A model generated the notes under the pieces. That model ran no database searches and had not been told where the DNA came from. It saw nothing but the letters and a program-made list of their open reading frames with translations. This document shows, in pieces, positions 35,600 to 47,676 of a stretch of 64,000 bases of DNA (within the stretch, counting starts at the first letter, position 1; every line of letters starts with the position of its first letter). The position numbers were made by a program, and so were the translations under genes. This DNA is from Basidiobolus meristosporus CBS 931.73 (taxonomy: Eukaryota; Fungi; Basidiobolomycota): positions 1 to 64,000 of the forward strand of contig MCFE01000367.1 of NCBI GenBank assembly GCA_002104905.1, written 5' to 3'.

Positions 35600-37209
35600 A
35601 CACCAAATGGACGTCAAAACAGCCTTTCTAAATGGGGATTTGCAAGAAACTATATATATGGAGCAACCAGAAGGTTTTTTCAATCCAAATGACCCCCATA
35701 TGGTGTGCAAACTTAGAAAATTGTTGTATGGGCTTAAGCAGGCACCTAGAGCATGGCATAACAAGATTGAAACATATCAAGAGGAAATTGGGTTCTCTTA
35801 TAGCACTGAAGATCACAGCTTCAGTGCAAACAGCTCAAAAAGGGTGTAATCATCCTAGTTCTTTATGTGGATGACCTAATCATAGCTACAAGTCTTAAAC
35901 AGACAAAATCGGATCTCCTTAGCAAGTTTGAGATGAAAGATCTTGGAAATTTGAGCTATTTTCTTGGAATTGAGGTCAAATTTGACATACCTATGCAGAA
36001 AATTGTGCTGAATCAGTCCAAGTTCATCAGGGACATTTGTAGATGCTTCAAGATGAAAAAATTGCAAACCTGCAGCTACCCCTATGGACAATAACCTGAA
36101 ATTAAGCAGATCTCAGCCAGTTATAGATGAAAATGGGTCAAATATGGACCAAAACTTTCCCTATGAATAAATGGTTGGTAGCCTAATGTACTTGATGGTA
36201 TCCACATGTCCAGATATTGCAGTGGCAGTTAGAATAGTCAGTCAACTCATGCAGAATTATGGATCAGATCAAATTGCAGCAGTTAAGTGGATTTTCAGAT
36301 ATCTACCAGGTTCCATAAATATGGTACTGGAATACTCTGGAGCAGCTAATAGGTGATAATTTAATGGTTTTAGTGATTCAGATTGTGGTAGGGATCTGAT
36401 TGACAGACATTCTACCACAGGATATGTATTTCTTTATGCTGGTGCAGCTGTTACTTGGAATTGCAAGAAACAACCAGCTGTGGCCCTATCTACAACTGAA
36501 GCAAAATATATGGCTGCATGTCAAGCAACTAAGGAGGCTATACGGCTACAAAAATTATTCAAAGACTTGGGTTTTAATTCAGATGAACCAACATATATTT
36601 ATTAAGGATAATCAAAGTTGTATTTCATTAGCTAGAAATCCTACTAAGCATGCCAGAACTAAGCACATTGATATACAGCATCACTTTGTGAGGGAATCTG
36701 TAGAAAATAACTTAGTAGAGTTAGTGTACTGCCCAAATAACAAAATGGTGGCAGATATATTGATGAAACCACCAGCTACACCATAATATGAGAATCACAG
36801 GGAGGAATTAGGTTTAAAAATTTATTTAGTTGAGGGGGAGTGTTGAAATATTGCACTATTTGGTATCATTCAGCAGCTAAAAGTCTACTTAACAATTCTG
36901 GAGTAGTCAAGGCCACTGTGGGGCTAATTTACAGCTCTAATGTTGTCACTTTCTTCAGATCTATGATCTTATGATTATTCCCTTATAGTCAGGGTCAAAT
37001 TAGCACTATTACTAAACATTATGTACTAACCCTGAGACTATTACATGTTGCTCCTGAATATTGAGAAACCTTCCTTACTTAGTGTTACAGCTGTATTACT
37101 TTCATAAAAGTATCAATACTAAGCTTCATTATTAATAAAAATCAGTTCAAATATCTTCAATATCTCTTGATAAGTTCCTTATGTCCAAATCACTTCTTAA
37201 ATTGCAACA
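35600..37209 (+). mobile_element. Family B copia 3' half (RT C-terminal part, RNase H, PPT, 3' LTR 36841-37209)
   Basis: MDVKTAFLNGD...ARTKHIDIQHHFVRE; PPT GAGGGGGAG; 369-bp LTR. Confidence 0.9.
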
Positions 37210-37306
37210 GGATCATGGACAGAGTTTTGTCACACCAGTCATATTTGACCATTCATTGGTCACTATTATACCAACAGTATCTTGCCAGCTACTTAATACT
37301 TCTGTA

Positions 37307-40300
37307 TGTTACAAGTCTTGGTATAAGAGTTGTAGAGGAATAGGGAGTTTAGCTAGTATTGTATTCACTAAAACTTGAACTGATTTTTATTGAGGTTCCA
37401 GCAGCTCCTATATACATTTTGCCAGATCAATTGCTGACTAATTGTATTTCCTAATGTAGGTTGTGGCTGATGACTCATTTGATTGCATCATCATCACCCA
37501 ATAAGATCCTACTTAATATATCTATTTCTGTCTGATAAGGATATGCTTACTCACTTGCTGACTAATGCTACTGATTTCACAGATAATACTGATATACTGA
37601 TAACCTAAACATGTACTAACTGATTTGACTAAAAACTGATCTAACTTGAACATTCAAGCGGCAGATCATAACATTCTCCCCTACTAAAGTTGAGAGGGTT
37701 CTCCTGAATCTCCTTTCTTGTGATACCAATATCTTGATGGTTCAGTATTATCAGCAAGTCTTGCAAGCTTGAGTCTGTCCCTATGCACTAAGTCATCCCA
37801 GATATTGCCTAGTTTGTCCACCAGTTGGTAAGTTGCAAATGGACATTCTCTGATGATCTTGAATGGTCCTGTCCATTGTGGCTCAAACTTCTTCCAAGTG
37901 TTGTTTCTTAGCAATACAAAGTTCCCAACTGTCAATGCTTCTGGTGCTATAGTCTTATCAAATCTCTGCTTCATCTTTTCTGCGCTTTGAGATACTTTGG
38001 TCTGTGCCTCTTGACGTCTTTGTTCCAGTTGCTGGTGTCTACTTGGCTGACTGAGTTCATCTTCTAAGGTGTCTGTAAGTTTTGGTTGTGTGAGATCTCC
38101 TGGAATCCTTGGTTCACATCCATAAACTAAGTAAAATGGTGATTGCTGGGTGGTGTTGTGTACTCTGACTCTGCATGCAAAGAGTGCTTGGTCTATATAC
38201 TCATCCCATCTACTGCCAACTCCATTTGCATACTTGGTCAGCATTTTTCCAAATAATCCATTAAGCCGCTCAGTGACTCCGTTAGTTCTGGGGTGATATG
38301 CCAAGGTTTTCAAGTGTCTGATCTGCTGCATTTCCAGGTAAGCCTCTAATGTCTTTGCCATTAAGTTTGCACCTCTATCAGATAAGATCTCCACAGGGCA
38401 TCCAAACTTCATCAGGATCTCATGGTAAATGAAACTTGCAACTTCTTGTTCACTGGCTATTGGTACAGCTTTAGCAACTGGCCATTTAGTGGCATGGTCA
38501 ATAGCTACTAGGATCCAACGGTTGCATTTCCTGGTAGTTGGCAGTCTTCCAATAAAGTCAATTCCCCATCTCTCAAATGGTCTTACAGGCTCCAAAGGGA
38601 AGAGTTTGGCAATTCTTTGTGGCTGGCCTTGATTGATTTGGCAGTTTGGGCATGTTTTCACTAGCTTCTCAATATCTTGTTTTATTCTGGGCCACCATGC
38701 TCTGGCTTTCACAAGGCTATAGGTTCCTTCAATCCCAAGATGTCCATATCCATTGTGTAGCTTATGCATTAAATCCAGGTGAGCAACATAAGGACAATAG
38801 GCAATAGGGCTTCCATCAACAATTTGGTAGAGTGTTTCATTCTGCACAACAAATTTGCTGGCTTCATCACGGATTATCTTCTTGATATCTTCATCCACCT
38901 CATTAGGAATGGCTTGGTCCTCCAAGTACTTTGGTAAAAGGCTAGGCCAATCTGATTCATGCAACAAGTTGAGTTGTGCAACTTGATCTAATCTTGATAA
39001 GGCATCAGCAACCGTGTTGTTTTTTCCAGGACAGTAGACAATCTCCAGGTCAAATTGCTGAATGTATTCACTCCATCTTGTCATTCTTCTAGAGAGTACC
39101 TTCTGAGTAAATATATACTTGAGGGAGGCATGATCAGTCTTCACAGTGCATTTGACTCCTTCAATATAGCATCTCCATGTCTTCAAACAGTGTATTATAG
39201 CAAGCATCTCCTTCTCATGGACTGGATAGTTTTGTTCTGCTGAGTTCAGTTTCTTGGATTCAAAGGCAACAGGGTAGTCCTTTCCCTCATGTTCTTGGCT
39301 CAGCACTCCACCAATTGCATAATCTGAAGCATCTGTGCACAGAGTGAACTCTTTTCTGAAGTCTGGTATTCTTAGGCTTGGCAACTTAGCAAGTTCATTC
39401 TTTAGCGTCTGGAAGGCAGTCTCACAAGCTATGTCCCACTTGTAGGTATTGTCTTTCTTGAGGATATCAGTTAAAGGGGCTGCAATACTTGCAAATGACT
39501 TGACAAATCTCCGATAATAGGAAACCATTCCAAGGAAGGATCTGAGTTCTGATATGCTATGGGGCTGCTTCAAATTCTTGATAACTTCAACCTTCTTAGG
39601 GTCTAAGGTCACTCCTGTGCTAGTCACTATGTGTCCCAGGTATTCAACGTGTTCCTTGAAGAATTCACACTTGGCTAGCTTGCCATATAGCTTGTTCTCT
39701 CTTAGTTTCTTCAAGACCTTTTCAATGGGCACTACGTGATCCTCTTCTGTCTTGCTGTATATTAATATGTCATCCAGGTAGATTATCACAAACTTGTCTA
39801 AGTACTCCTGAAAGACAGTCTGCATCAGCGTCATGAATGTTGCAGGGGCATTGGTGAGGCCAAAACTCATGACTAAGTACTTGTAATGTCCATATCTGGT
39901 CCTGAATGCTGTCTTGGGGATGTCTTCTGGCTTCACCCTAATCTGGTTGTATCCTGACATGAGGTCAATCTTGCTGAAAATAGTGGCTCCATTAAGTTGG
40001 TCTAAAAGCTCATCAATCCAAGGTATGGGGTACTTATTCTTGATGGTAACTGAGTTCAGGGCTCTGTAGTCAATGCACATCCTAAGTGTTCCATCTTTCT
40101 TTTTCACAAAAAGCACTGGTGCTCCCCAAGGTGACTTGCTGGGCCTGATGTATCCTTGCTCCAATAGCTGATCAATTTGTCTCTTCATTTCATCCAATAC
40201 CAATGGACTCATTCTGTAAGGTGTCTTGCTCACTGGAGGGCTATCTCCTGTGTCAATGGCATGATCCACGTCTCTGACTGGTGATAGGCTTACAAGCTCA

Positions 40301-42243
40301 TCTGGAAACACGTCTGAATATTTCTTCAAAAGAGTCTGGACCTGCTGGGGTGCTGGGGTAGAGGAATCCTCCTGTAATACCGCCATGAGGAACATCTCGG
40401 TACCTTTTCTAAGTGCTCTACAGAACTGGGTCTTGCTAAGTTCACTTGTCTCACACACACTGGAATTGACCAAGTTGAAATCCAGCATGGCAGGTAATAG
40501 CTCATAGGTCTTGTTGTGTTTTTGGATCTGAGTAGCATGGGTTCTCCAGTTGATTGATGGATTATGACAAAATAGCCAGGTTTTTCCAAGTACAAGGTCA
40601 AACTTGCAGTTCCCAAATATATAAGCCTGTAGGACTTTTACATAGTCATTGATCTTCATTCTTACTGGCTGGGTAATACGGTTGATTATGTGGGAGTTCC
40701 CATCAGCTGTGGAAACTGAAGTTGATTTGGTAGGTTCTGAGTTGATTCCAGCTTTCAAAGCAAATTGCTCTGACATGTACTCATGCGATGCTCCTGAGTC
40801 AATCATGATCTTGGCAGGTACTCCATTGATTACTCCATTCAAGTACAATAACTTCCCTGAGTTTGAAGTCATTTGGGACAAGTACTCTTCTGTCATATGG
40901 AAGGTGAGTTCCAAGTCTTCTTCAAGCTCATCTTCCACATTACTGTGTTCATGGGACTCAATATGGTTGAAGGTTCTTGTTGGCTGGTGTCCATTTCTTC
41001 TCTGAGGGCAGTACTTTGCAATATGTCCCTGCTGGTGGCAATTGAAGCAAAGTCCTCTCTTCTTGCATTCTTCTGAGTAGGGATTCTTCTGCATAGCGTC
41101 TATTTCCATTGGTACTGCTTCTGATTGTCTTCTTTCATAATGATTATAGCCTTTCTGATTAGTCACTGTAGGCTTCCCAACTCCAAACATAGCTGAGTCA
41201 TAGTCAATGGCAATCTTGATGGCTTCTTCAATAGTCTGAGGTCTTTGGTAATTGACTTCCTTGCGAGTTCTTTCTTTCAACCCATCAATAAAGTACTCAA
41301 CTTGATCCAAGGGGTCCATTCTTTCAATTTGTCCAAGTAGACATCTGTACTCATTGATGTATTCTTGCACCATTCCTTTCTGTCTGAGTGTCTTTAACTT
41401 CCTTCTTAGTAGTGTCTGCTGGTGTGGAGGTTCAAAAGCATCCTGAATTTCCAACACAAACTCATCCCAGGTAGAGATTGTAGAGCCTCCCATCATAGTA
41501 GCTGACCTGATCTTGTTGTGGTACCACTGTAAAGCTGCATCTGCCAGGTAAGAAGCTGCATAATGCAACTTGCTCTCTGGAGCAATTCCTTTAGCTTTAA
41601 AAGCTTCTTCAATCTGAAAGAGCCAAGTTCCCAGGTTTTCATTGACTCTGCCATGGTACCGGTTGACCTTCACACTAAAGCTGCTCTTGACAGGGCTTTG
41701 CTGGCTCTGAGCCATGGTAGTCATTTCTTGTTGCTGTTGCCTGAGGATCTGGAGTAGCTGTTGCTGTTGGGCCAGGATTTGCTGCATGGCATTCTTCCAT
41801 TCTTGATTGTCCAACATCTTGAGGGTAGTTTCTTCTTTCTCCAGGAGGGAGGTTTCTGGTTATCGCTGCTACTAATGATACAAGTCTTGGTATAAGAGTT
41901 GTAGAGGAATAGGGAGTTTAGCTAGTATTGTATTCACTAAAACTTGAACTGATTTTTATTGAGGTTCCAGCAGCTCCTTATATACATTTTGCCAGATCAA
42001 TTGCTGACTAATTGTATTTCCTAATGCAGGTTGTGGCTGATGACTCATTTGATTGCATCATCATCACCCAATAAGATCCTACTTAATATATCTATTTCTG
42101 TCTGATAAGGATCTGCTGATTCATTTGCTGACTAATGCTACTGATTTCATAGATAATACTGATATACTGATAACCTAAACATATACTAATTGATTTGACT
42201 ACAAACTGATCTAACTTAAACATTCAAGCGGCAGATCATAACA
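37307..42243 (-). mobile_element. Full-length Ty3/gypsy LTR retrotransposon, family C (copy C1)
   Basis: LTRs 37307-37673 and 41876-42243; 4-bp TSD TGTA at 37303-37306 and 42244-42247; PPT rc AGGGGAGAA; PBS-like rc TTAGTAGCAGCG at 41864-41875. Confidence 0.96.
37684..41817 (-). CDS. Single-ORF gypsy gag-pol polyprotein (gag, CCHC, protease, RT, RNase H, integrase; no chromodomain seen)
   Basis: 1377 aa open: [69 protein letters not shown]. Confidence 0.95.
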   Translation of the reverse strand: MLDNQEWKNAMQQILAQQQQLLQILRQQQQEMTTMAQSQQSPVKSSFSVKVNRYHGRVNENLGTWLFQIEEAFKAKGIAPESKLHYAASYLADAALQWYHNKIRSATMMGGSTISTWDEFVLEIQDAFEPPHQQTLLRRKLKTLRQKGMVQEYINEYRCLLGQIERMDPLDQVEYFIDGLKERTRKEVNYQRPQTIEEAIKIAIDYDSAMFGVGKPTVTNQKGYNHYERRQSEAVPMEIDAMQKNPYSEECKKRGLCFNCHQQGHIAKYCPQRRNGHQPTRTFNHIESHEHSNVEDELEEDLELTFHMTEEYLSQMTSNSGKLLYLNGVINGVPAKIMIDSGASHEYMSEQFALKAGINSEPTKSTSVSTADGNSHIINRITQPVRMKINDYVKVLQAYIFGNCKFDLVLGKTWLFCHNPSINWRTHATQIQKHNKTYELLPAMLDFNLVNSSVCETSELSKTQFCRALRKGTEMFLMAVLQEDSSTPAPQQVQTLLKKYSDVFPDELVSLSPVRDVDHAIDTGDSPPVSKTPYRMSPLVLDEMKRQIDQLLEQGYIRPSKSPWGAPVLFVKKKDGTLRMCIDYRALNSVTIKNKYPIPWIDELLDQLNGATIFSKIDLMSGYNQIRVKPEDIPKTAFRTRYGHYKYLVMSFGLTNAPATFMTLMQTVFQEYLDKFVIIYLDDILIYSKTEEDHVVPIEKVLKKLRENKLYGKLAKCEFFKEHVEYLGHIVTSTGVTLDPKKVEVIKNLKQPHSISELRSFLGMVSYYRRFVKSFASIAAPLTDILKKDNTYKWDIACETAFQTLKNELAKLPSLRIPDFRKEFTLCTDASDYAIGGVLSQEHEGKDYPVAFESKKLNSAEQNYPVHEKEMLAIIHCLKTWRCYIEGVKCTVKTDHASLKYIFTQKVLSRRMTRWSEYIQQFDLEIVYCPGKNNTVADALSRLDQVAQLNLLHESDWPSLLPKYLEDQAIPNEVDEDIKKIIRDEASKFVVQNETLYQIVDGSPIAYCPYVAHLDLMHKLHNGYGHLGIEGTYSLVKARAWWPRIKQDIEKLVKTCPNCQINQGQPQRIAKLFPLEPVRPFERWGIDFIGRLPTTRKCNRWILVAIDHATKWPVAKAVPIASEQEVASFIYHEILMKFGCPVEILSDRGANLMAKTLEAYLEMQQIRHLKTLAYHPRTNGVTERLNGLFGKMLTKYANGVGSRWDEYIDQALFACRVRVHNTTQQSPFYLVYGCEPRIPGDLTQPKLTDTLEDELSQPSRHQQLEQRRQEAQTKVSQSAEKMKQRFDKTIAPEALTVGNFVLLRNNTWKKFEPQWTGPFKIIRECPFATYQLVDKLGNIWDDLVHRDRLKLARLADNTEPSRYWYHKKGDSGEPSQL

Positions 42244-43191
42244 TGTATTAGCACCTGGCTGTAATTTTCACCTTACGCATACTGAGTCAGTGATTTTGTG
42301 CCATCTTTATGCTCAACCCAGCCTTCAGAATACAGCATACCAAGTGATAACTCTGAAGCAAAGGCTTACTAGTGGATTTTGATTCCATCTCCCCTAACAA
42401 TAGTATATATGAGCTAAACACATCCCAATATGCTATGAGACAACACCTGTAGAAAAAATGCCAAGGATACTTTATGGGGCTAAGTGAACCCCGTAATTCA
42501 TCAACTGGTGAATGATGTGATGTTGTGGCTACTAATGTTACAAGTCTTGGTATAAGAGTTGTAGAAGAATAGGGAGTTTAGCTAGTATTGTATTTACTAA
42601 AACTTGAACTGATTTTTATTGAGGTTCCAGCAGCTACTTATATACATTTTGCCAGATCAATTGCTGACTAATTGTATTTCCTAATGTAGGTTGTGGCTGA
42701 TGACTCATTTGATTGCATCATCATCACCCAATAAGATCTTACTTAATATATCTATTTCTGTCTGATAAGGATCTGCTGATTCATTTGCTGACTAATGCTA
42801 CTGATTTCATAGATAATACTGGTATACTGATAACCTAAACATATACTAATTGATTTGACTACAAACTGATCTAACTTAAACATTCAAGCGGCAGATCATA
42901 ACATGTATTAGCACCTGGCTGTAATTTTCACCTTACGCATACTGAGTCAGTGATTTTGTGCCATCTTTATGCTCAACCCAGCCTTCAGAATACAGCATAC
43001 CAAGTGATAACTCTGAAGCAAAGGCTTACTAGTGGATTTTGATTCCATCTCCCCTAACAACAGTATATATGAGCTAAACACATCCCAATATGCTATGAGA
43101 CAACACCTGTAGAAAAAATGCCAAGGATACTTTATGGGGCTAAGTGAACCCCGTAATTCATCAACTGGTGAATGATGTGATGTTGTGGCTA
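41868..43191. repeat. 660-bp tandem duplication (C1 5' LTR + flanking tnp2 sequence)
   Basis: 41868-42527 repeats at 42528-43187; GCTA microhomology at 41868, 42528 and 43188. Confidence 0.95.
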
Positions 43192-45414
43192 GAGGGGTAT
43201 CTTGTCCCCACAAATTTCAGTAATAGGGCTTTGAGGATTTACCATTACTTCTTGCCAAATTACTGTGGATAAAGAAGCCAAGGATACTTTATGGAGCCAA
43301 GTGAGCCTAGTAATCTATCTACTGGTGAATGTTATGATGTTGGCGCTAGAGAAGTGGCATTTTTCCCCTTATATTTGTGATGGGGATTTTGAGGACTTAC
43401 TGCTACTTCTTGCCTAAATCCTTCCTGGATGCTACTTATCATCTACATTGTTCAAATGGACAACCATCATACAGCTGGCAATGTATGACCAGAGACTATC
43501 CTGATACCAACATGTGCTAACAGTTGCATGGCTTTCACATCAAAAAATCACACTTCTGCAAGGTGTCCAACCTGTCAAGAATCCACCACTATTGGAGGAA
43601 AACATTGTTCATGCTACAGATGTATTGTTGTCATACCCCATATAAGGAAGCTTGTGGAGTCTAACAAGAGTTGTGAAGCTAGAAATTACTGCACTCAGTA
43701 TCATTCAAGCACAAACATTTACAATATATTTGATGGCAAACATTATAAACAACCAAGAAGCAAGGACAACTTTGAAGGTATGCATGAACACTCCTTTGCT
43801 TTGGCACTTGATGGATTCCCATTATACAAGTACTCTACCTACTCTACTAGTCCTGCTGTCCACTGGTTCCCATCAACCTCAATCTGCTACCTATCTTGCA
43901 GTACCAGAGCAGAAGTATCATAGTAGTCTCACTGGTTTTTGGGCCTAAATATCTATCCACCATGGACAGCCACCTGTATCAATTGCTGGATGAGTTTTGT
44001 ATGCTTTCCAGCAGGATACTACTAAACTACTGTCATATCAAAACGCATATTCTGATTGCATTTAAGATACCCCAGCCATCAGCAAGATAGCTGGCTTTTC
44101 TGGGCACTATGTACAATATGGCTGTCAAATGTGTAAGATCCAGGGGTTTACCTCATAACTCACACATTTTGTTATTCTCCAAGTACTACCACTGAAAGCA
44201 TCTTCTTCTCACAGAGCAAATGCAAAAAAATTCAGCATGCAATTGCAGCAAAGTTGACAAGCTTTAAGCCATTGGCTGGAGTATAAAAATAATTGGAAAC
44301 TGAATGTACTTAAGATAGAGGGTATATGTTGGAACTAAAGCCTTCTACTGGGAGCAATGCATTTACTTTTAAACAATATCCCTATACTAATGATCAGTTT
44401 TACATGGGGTATTTCAAGCCTAGCAAATCATTTGCAATACAGGAGAAATCTGAAAGAAATGGCAAGATATTACAAAGTATCCACTCCCCATAGTACATCT
44501 CATGGGCTCCATTCAGCATTCTTTTGCATATGAAATAATATAAATGCACAGACTGGAACACCTGGATATGTACTTATTTGAGTGACCTTCTGAAGCCATT
44601 TCTACCATGAATACATCAAATGCATTTGGAGCCATATGTTGACATTGTGGAAATATTTATCCAAGAGCAGATTACCAATGCCAACATGATGCATGTACAG
44701 CTTTTATGCAAGGAGTGTATGAAGGAATTACAGCGGCTATACCACAAGCATAAAGCTGCATATGTAGTTCCCTAATGCTACTGTATCCATTCTCTACTCT
44801 AACTTGCTTGGTTTGTGAAATTATTGGGCCTTGCTTCACCTTTGGGGGCTTCCAATGGAGCAAATGTGTGGGGAGATAGGAAGACAAGTCAAGTTGCAGG
44901 TACCACCATATCCCAATCTCATCAAGAATATTACTAATATGTTCATTATGGATACAATAAGCTGGCACATGGAGGACAGCCCGGAAGTGTTGCAAGATAC
45001 TAAGGACAGATGTGCACACAAGGCACTTATGCCTTTGGCATTAAGAAGCTAAGTGGCCCCAATGCATGCGCAATAAGTGAGCTATGCAAAGTTGGGTTGG
45101 GTGCAACAAGCAACTAATTCTTATCAGGGCAACTTTACCAAAGTATGCTGGGTTTCTCCTGGTCACATGCCAGCTTCTTCACAATTCAATACAGAATCTA
45201 CACAAACAAGAGCTAGAGCTTGCCTATAAGGTGGAGAAGATTTCAGCAGGGAGAAGGAATATATTCAAAAAATACTAAGAGGTTCTTTGTAGATACTCAG
45301 CAGTTATTGAGGGCAAAACTTGTGGCACCAAGCATATGCTTGCTAGATGTATATGTTACCAGCAATGCAATGCACATAGCAACTTTGCAAGTATCACACT
45401 AAAAAGCCACAAAG

Positions 45415-46564
45415 TTCTGTTGGTAACTGTGTGTTAATCAACAAGTAATGCCAAATATCTGTATGAAGGCTTATAATAGACATTCAGTCTATACTGGTAT
45501 CATTTGGCATGAACTTGAATGGATCCAACCTTATTTTCTCTGGTTTGGACTGTGCTAGTGAGCTGAGGTATGGGTTTTGTCTAGGGAGTACTAAAGATGA
45601 GTTGAGATTTGGTATAGGGTCCATGGTGACAGATTAGAATACATATACCATAGTATATCCCTAAGAAAAAAATTGAGAAAAGGCCAGAAAAATACCATCA
45701 GAGTATCAGCTGAATTCCAGGTTTCTCGAAATTGACAACTCCCAATATCCCTGTTCTGAGCTGATGTGCAGGCAAGCAAACAAGCTCACCAGGAGGAGAC
45801 TAGGCAAACCAGCATCCATATCAAGTTTGGTAATTAGCTGCCCATTATCTACATCAAATTGCATTAGAAATTTTGAATACAAACACTAGCTGAATACCAG
45901 CAGAATACCAGCTAAAAATCAGGTGAATTCCAAGTTTGAGATTTTTCATAGGGATCTTGACATTAACCTTGGCATATATGATGTATATATGAGAACTAAT
46001 ATGATTGTTGAGTATTCTATATATTGTGTATGATGCATCTTGAATAGTATTGACCCAGATCCAATCACATCAGTTGCAGATTTTATGCTTAGATATAGAC
46101 TTGTGAGCAAACCATTAATAAATCACCAAGTCATTGTTTGCAGATGCTATTTGCAACAAAATGATGGGGTACATGGCAATGAGTGGTTATTTAATCATAA
46201 TACATGGAAAATAAGATATATTAAACTAATTGCACTGCATTGGCTCAAATCACATCTCACTTTTGGCCACTTGCTGGAAAAAGGTATGACAAAGCACCCT
46301 GGATATGGAATCATTCAAAATTCAGTAGGGGGTAGAAAAGATGGCTGGCATAACTAATAAAAGAGAGATTTGCCCAATATTACTATGTATTACAGCTCAA
46401 ATGAAGGCAAGGAATGGAATGCTTAGCATGCAGCAGAAGCTCTACAACAAGATATTTGATCATTTCAGAGTGAGAGTAGAGCATACATTTGGATATCTAC
46501 AGTAATGCAGTATACAGGATGATAAATACAGAAGAAAGTCATATTCAGAAGAAAACAGCAGGTT
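45415..46564. mobile_element. Degenerate internal fragment of the AGACTT element: accessory-ORF 5' end (minus) and DDE_Tnp_4-like transposase remnant (plus)
   Basis: Aligns with 32650-33170. The plus strand gives FWPLAGKRYD (46261-46290) and, in another frame, MKARNGMLSMQQKLYNKIFDHFRVRVEHTFGYLQ* (46401-46505). Confidence 0.62.
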
Positions 46565-47597
46565 AGACTTGTCCCATTGGATAGTGTAACATTGAGCCAT
46601 GAGTGCCAAATGATGCCAAAGTGCGCCAGGAGGCCAAGTAAGCCTATACTTGGACACAGAGCGTGAAACATGGTGATACATTGTCATATGCAGCAGCCCT
46701 TGTGTTTCACCCATTAAGTGTGAGAAATTCCACTTTTTGACCTTTTTTTGGAATGGATGCTGTGCACAATAAACAAGAGGGCAGATGGACTGATGACATG
46801 CATCTAGCACTCAATATTCATTGCACTCTGAGTCTAGCTTCTGTAACCCGTAACATGTCACAAAAAAGCATGGCACTATCTTGGTCTACTAGCACTATGC
46901 AATACTATATCTAAATATCAGCCATAAAGTAAAACATACACAAAGCACTTATAGTGCAAGTGGACCTATACATGGCCACTGAGTATGAGGCATAGATCTT
47001 CATCTGAATGCAAAGCAGCCTCTGTGTTACACTCATTGTGCTGGATAAAATACACTTTTTGCCCTTTTTTTGGGATCCATGTTGTGCATAATATGGAAGA
47101 GCACAGAAGGGCTGATAATATTCATCTGATATTCAATACCCAGGGCACTCTGAATCTAGCCCCTGCAGCTTGTAGAATGTCACAAAAATGCATGGCACTA
47201 TTTTGAGCTATAAGTGCTTTGAGTAGGTTTTACTTTAGGGCTAATATTTAGATATAGAATCAGACAGTGCTAGTGGACCAAAATAGTGCCATGCATTTTG
47301 TGACATTTTACATGCTGCAGGAGCTAGATTCAGAGTGCTATTGGTATTGAGTCTCTGTTAAGTGTTATCAGTCCTTCTGTGCTCTTCCACATCATGCACA
47401 ACACTGATCCCACAAAAAGGGCAAAAAATGTATTATCTCCAGCACAATAGGTGTAGCTCAAGGGCTGCTTTGCATTAAGATGAAGAGCTATGTTTCACAC
47501 TCTGTGGCCATGATCAGGTCCACTTGGCCTCCCTGGCACACTTTGACACCATTGGGCACTCATGACTCTATGTGGTACTATCTCATGCAACAAGTCT
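46565..47597. mobile_element. Two fused foldback MITEs of the AGACTT family
   Basis: Left arm + spacer 46565-~46960 is joined to a second copy lacking its first ~70 bp. Ends AGACTTGTCCCATTGG and CATGCAACAAGTCT; flanks GTT and ACT do not match, consistent with two separate insertions. Confidence 0.8.
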
Positions 47598-47676
47598 ACT
47601 GACTACAATCACGCAAGCAGCTAAGATGATAGTCAGCAAGGAAGTAGTGTAGGTGTGCCAAGTAAACTGGAAATCA

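Larger units (their letters stand above)
37210..45415 (+). pseudogene. tnp2/CACTA-type (Transposase_21-like + DUF4218-like) transposase remnant, split by gypsy C1
   Basis: 37210-37306 plus 42244 onward is collinear with the reverse complement of 57725-57290. Motifs RCPTCQE, IFDGKHY, ALALDGF, FGPKY..LLDEF, and FTFGGFQWSKC/PMEQMCGEIGRQV in shifted frames. Confidence 0.75.

Noticed and set aside
30860-47597. One 16.7-kb AGACTT element, because both flanks read ACT
   Set aside because: The 47597 end belongs to a MITE arm, and the interrupted C LTR does not resume after it; a 3-bp match is easily coincidental.
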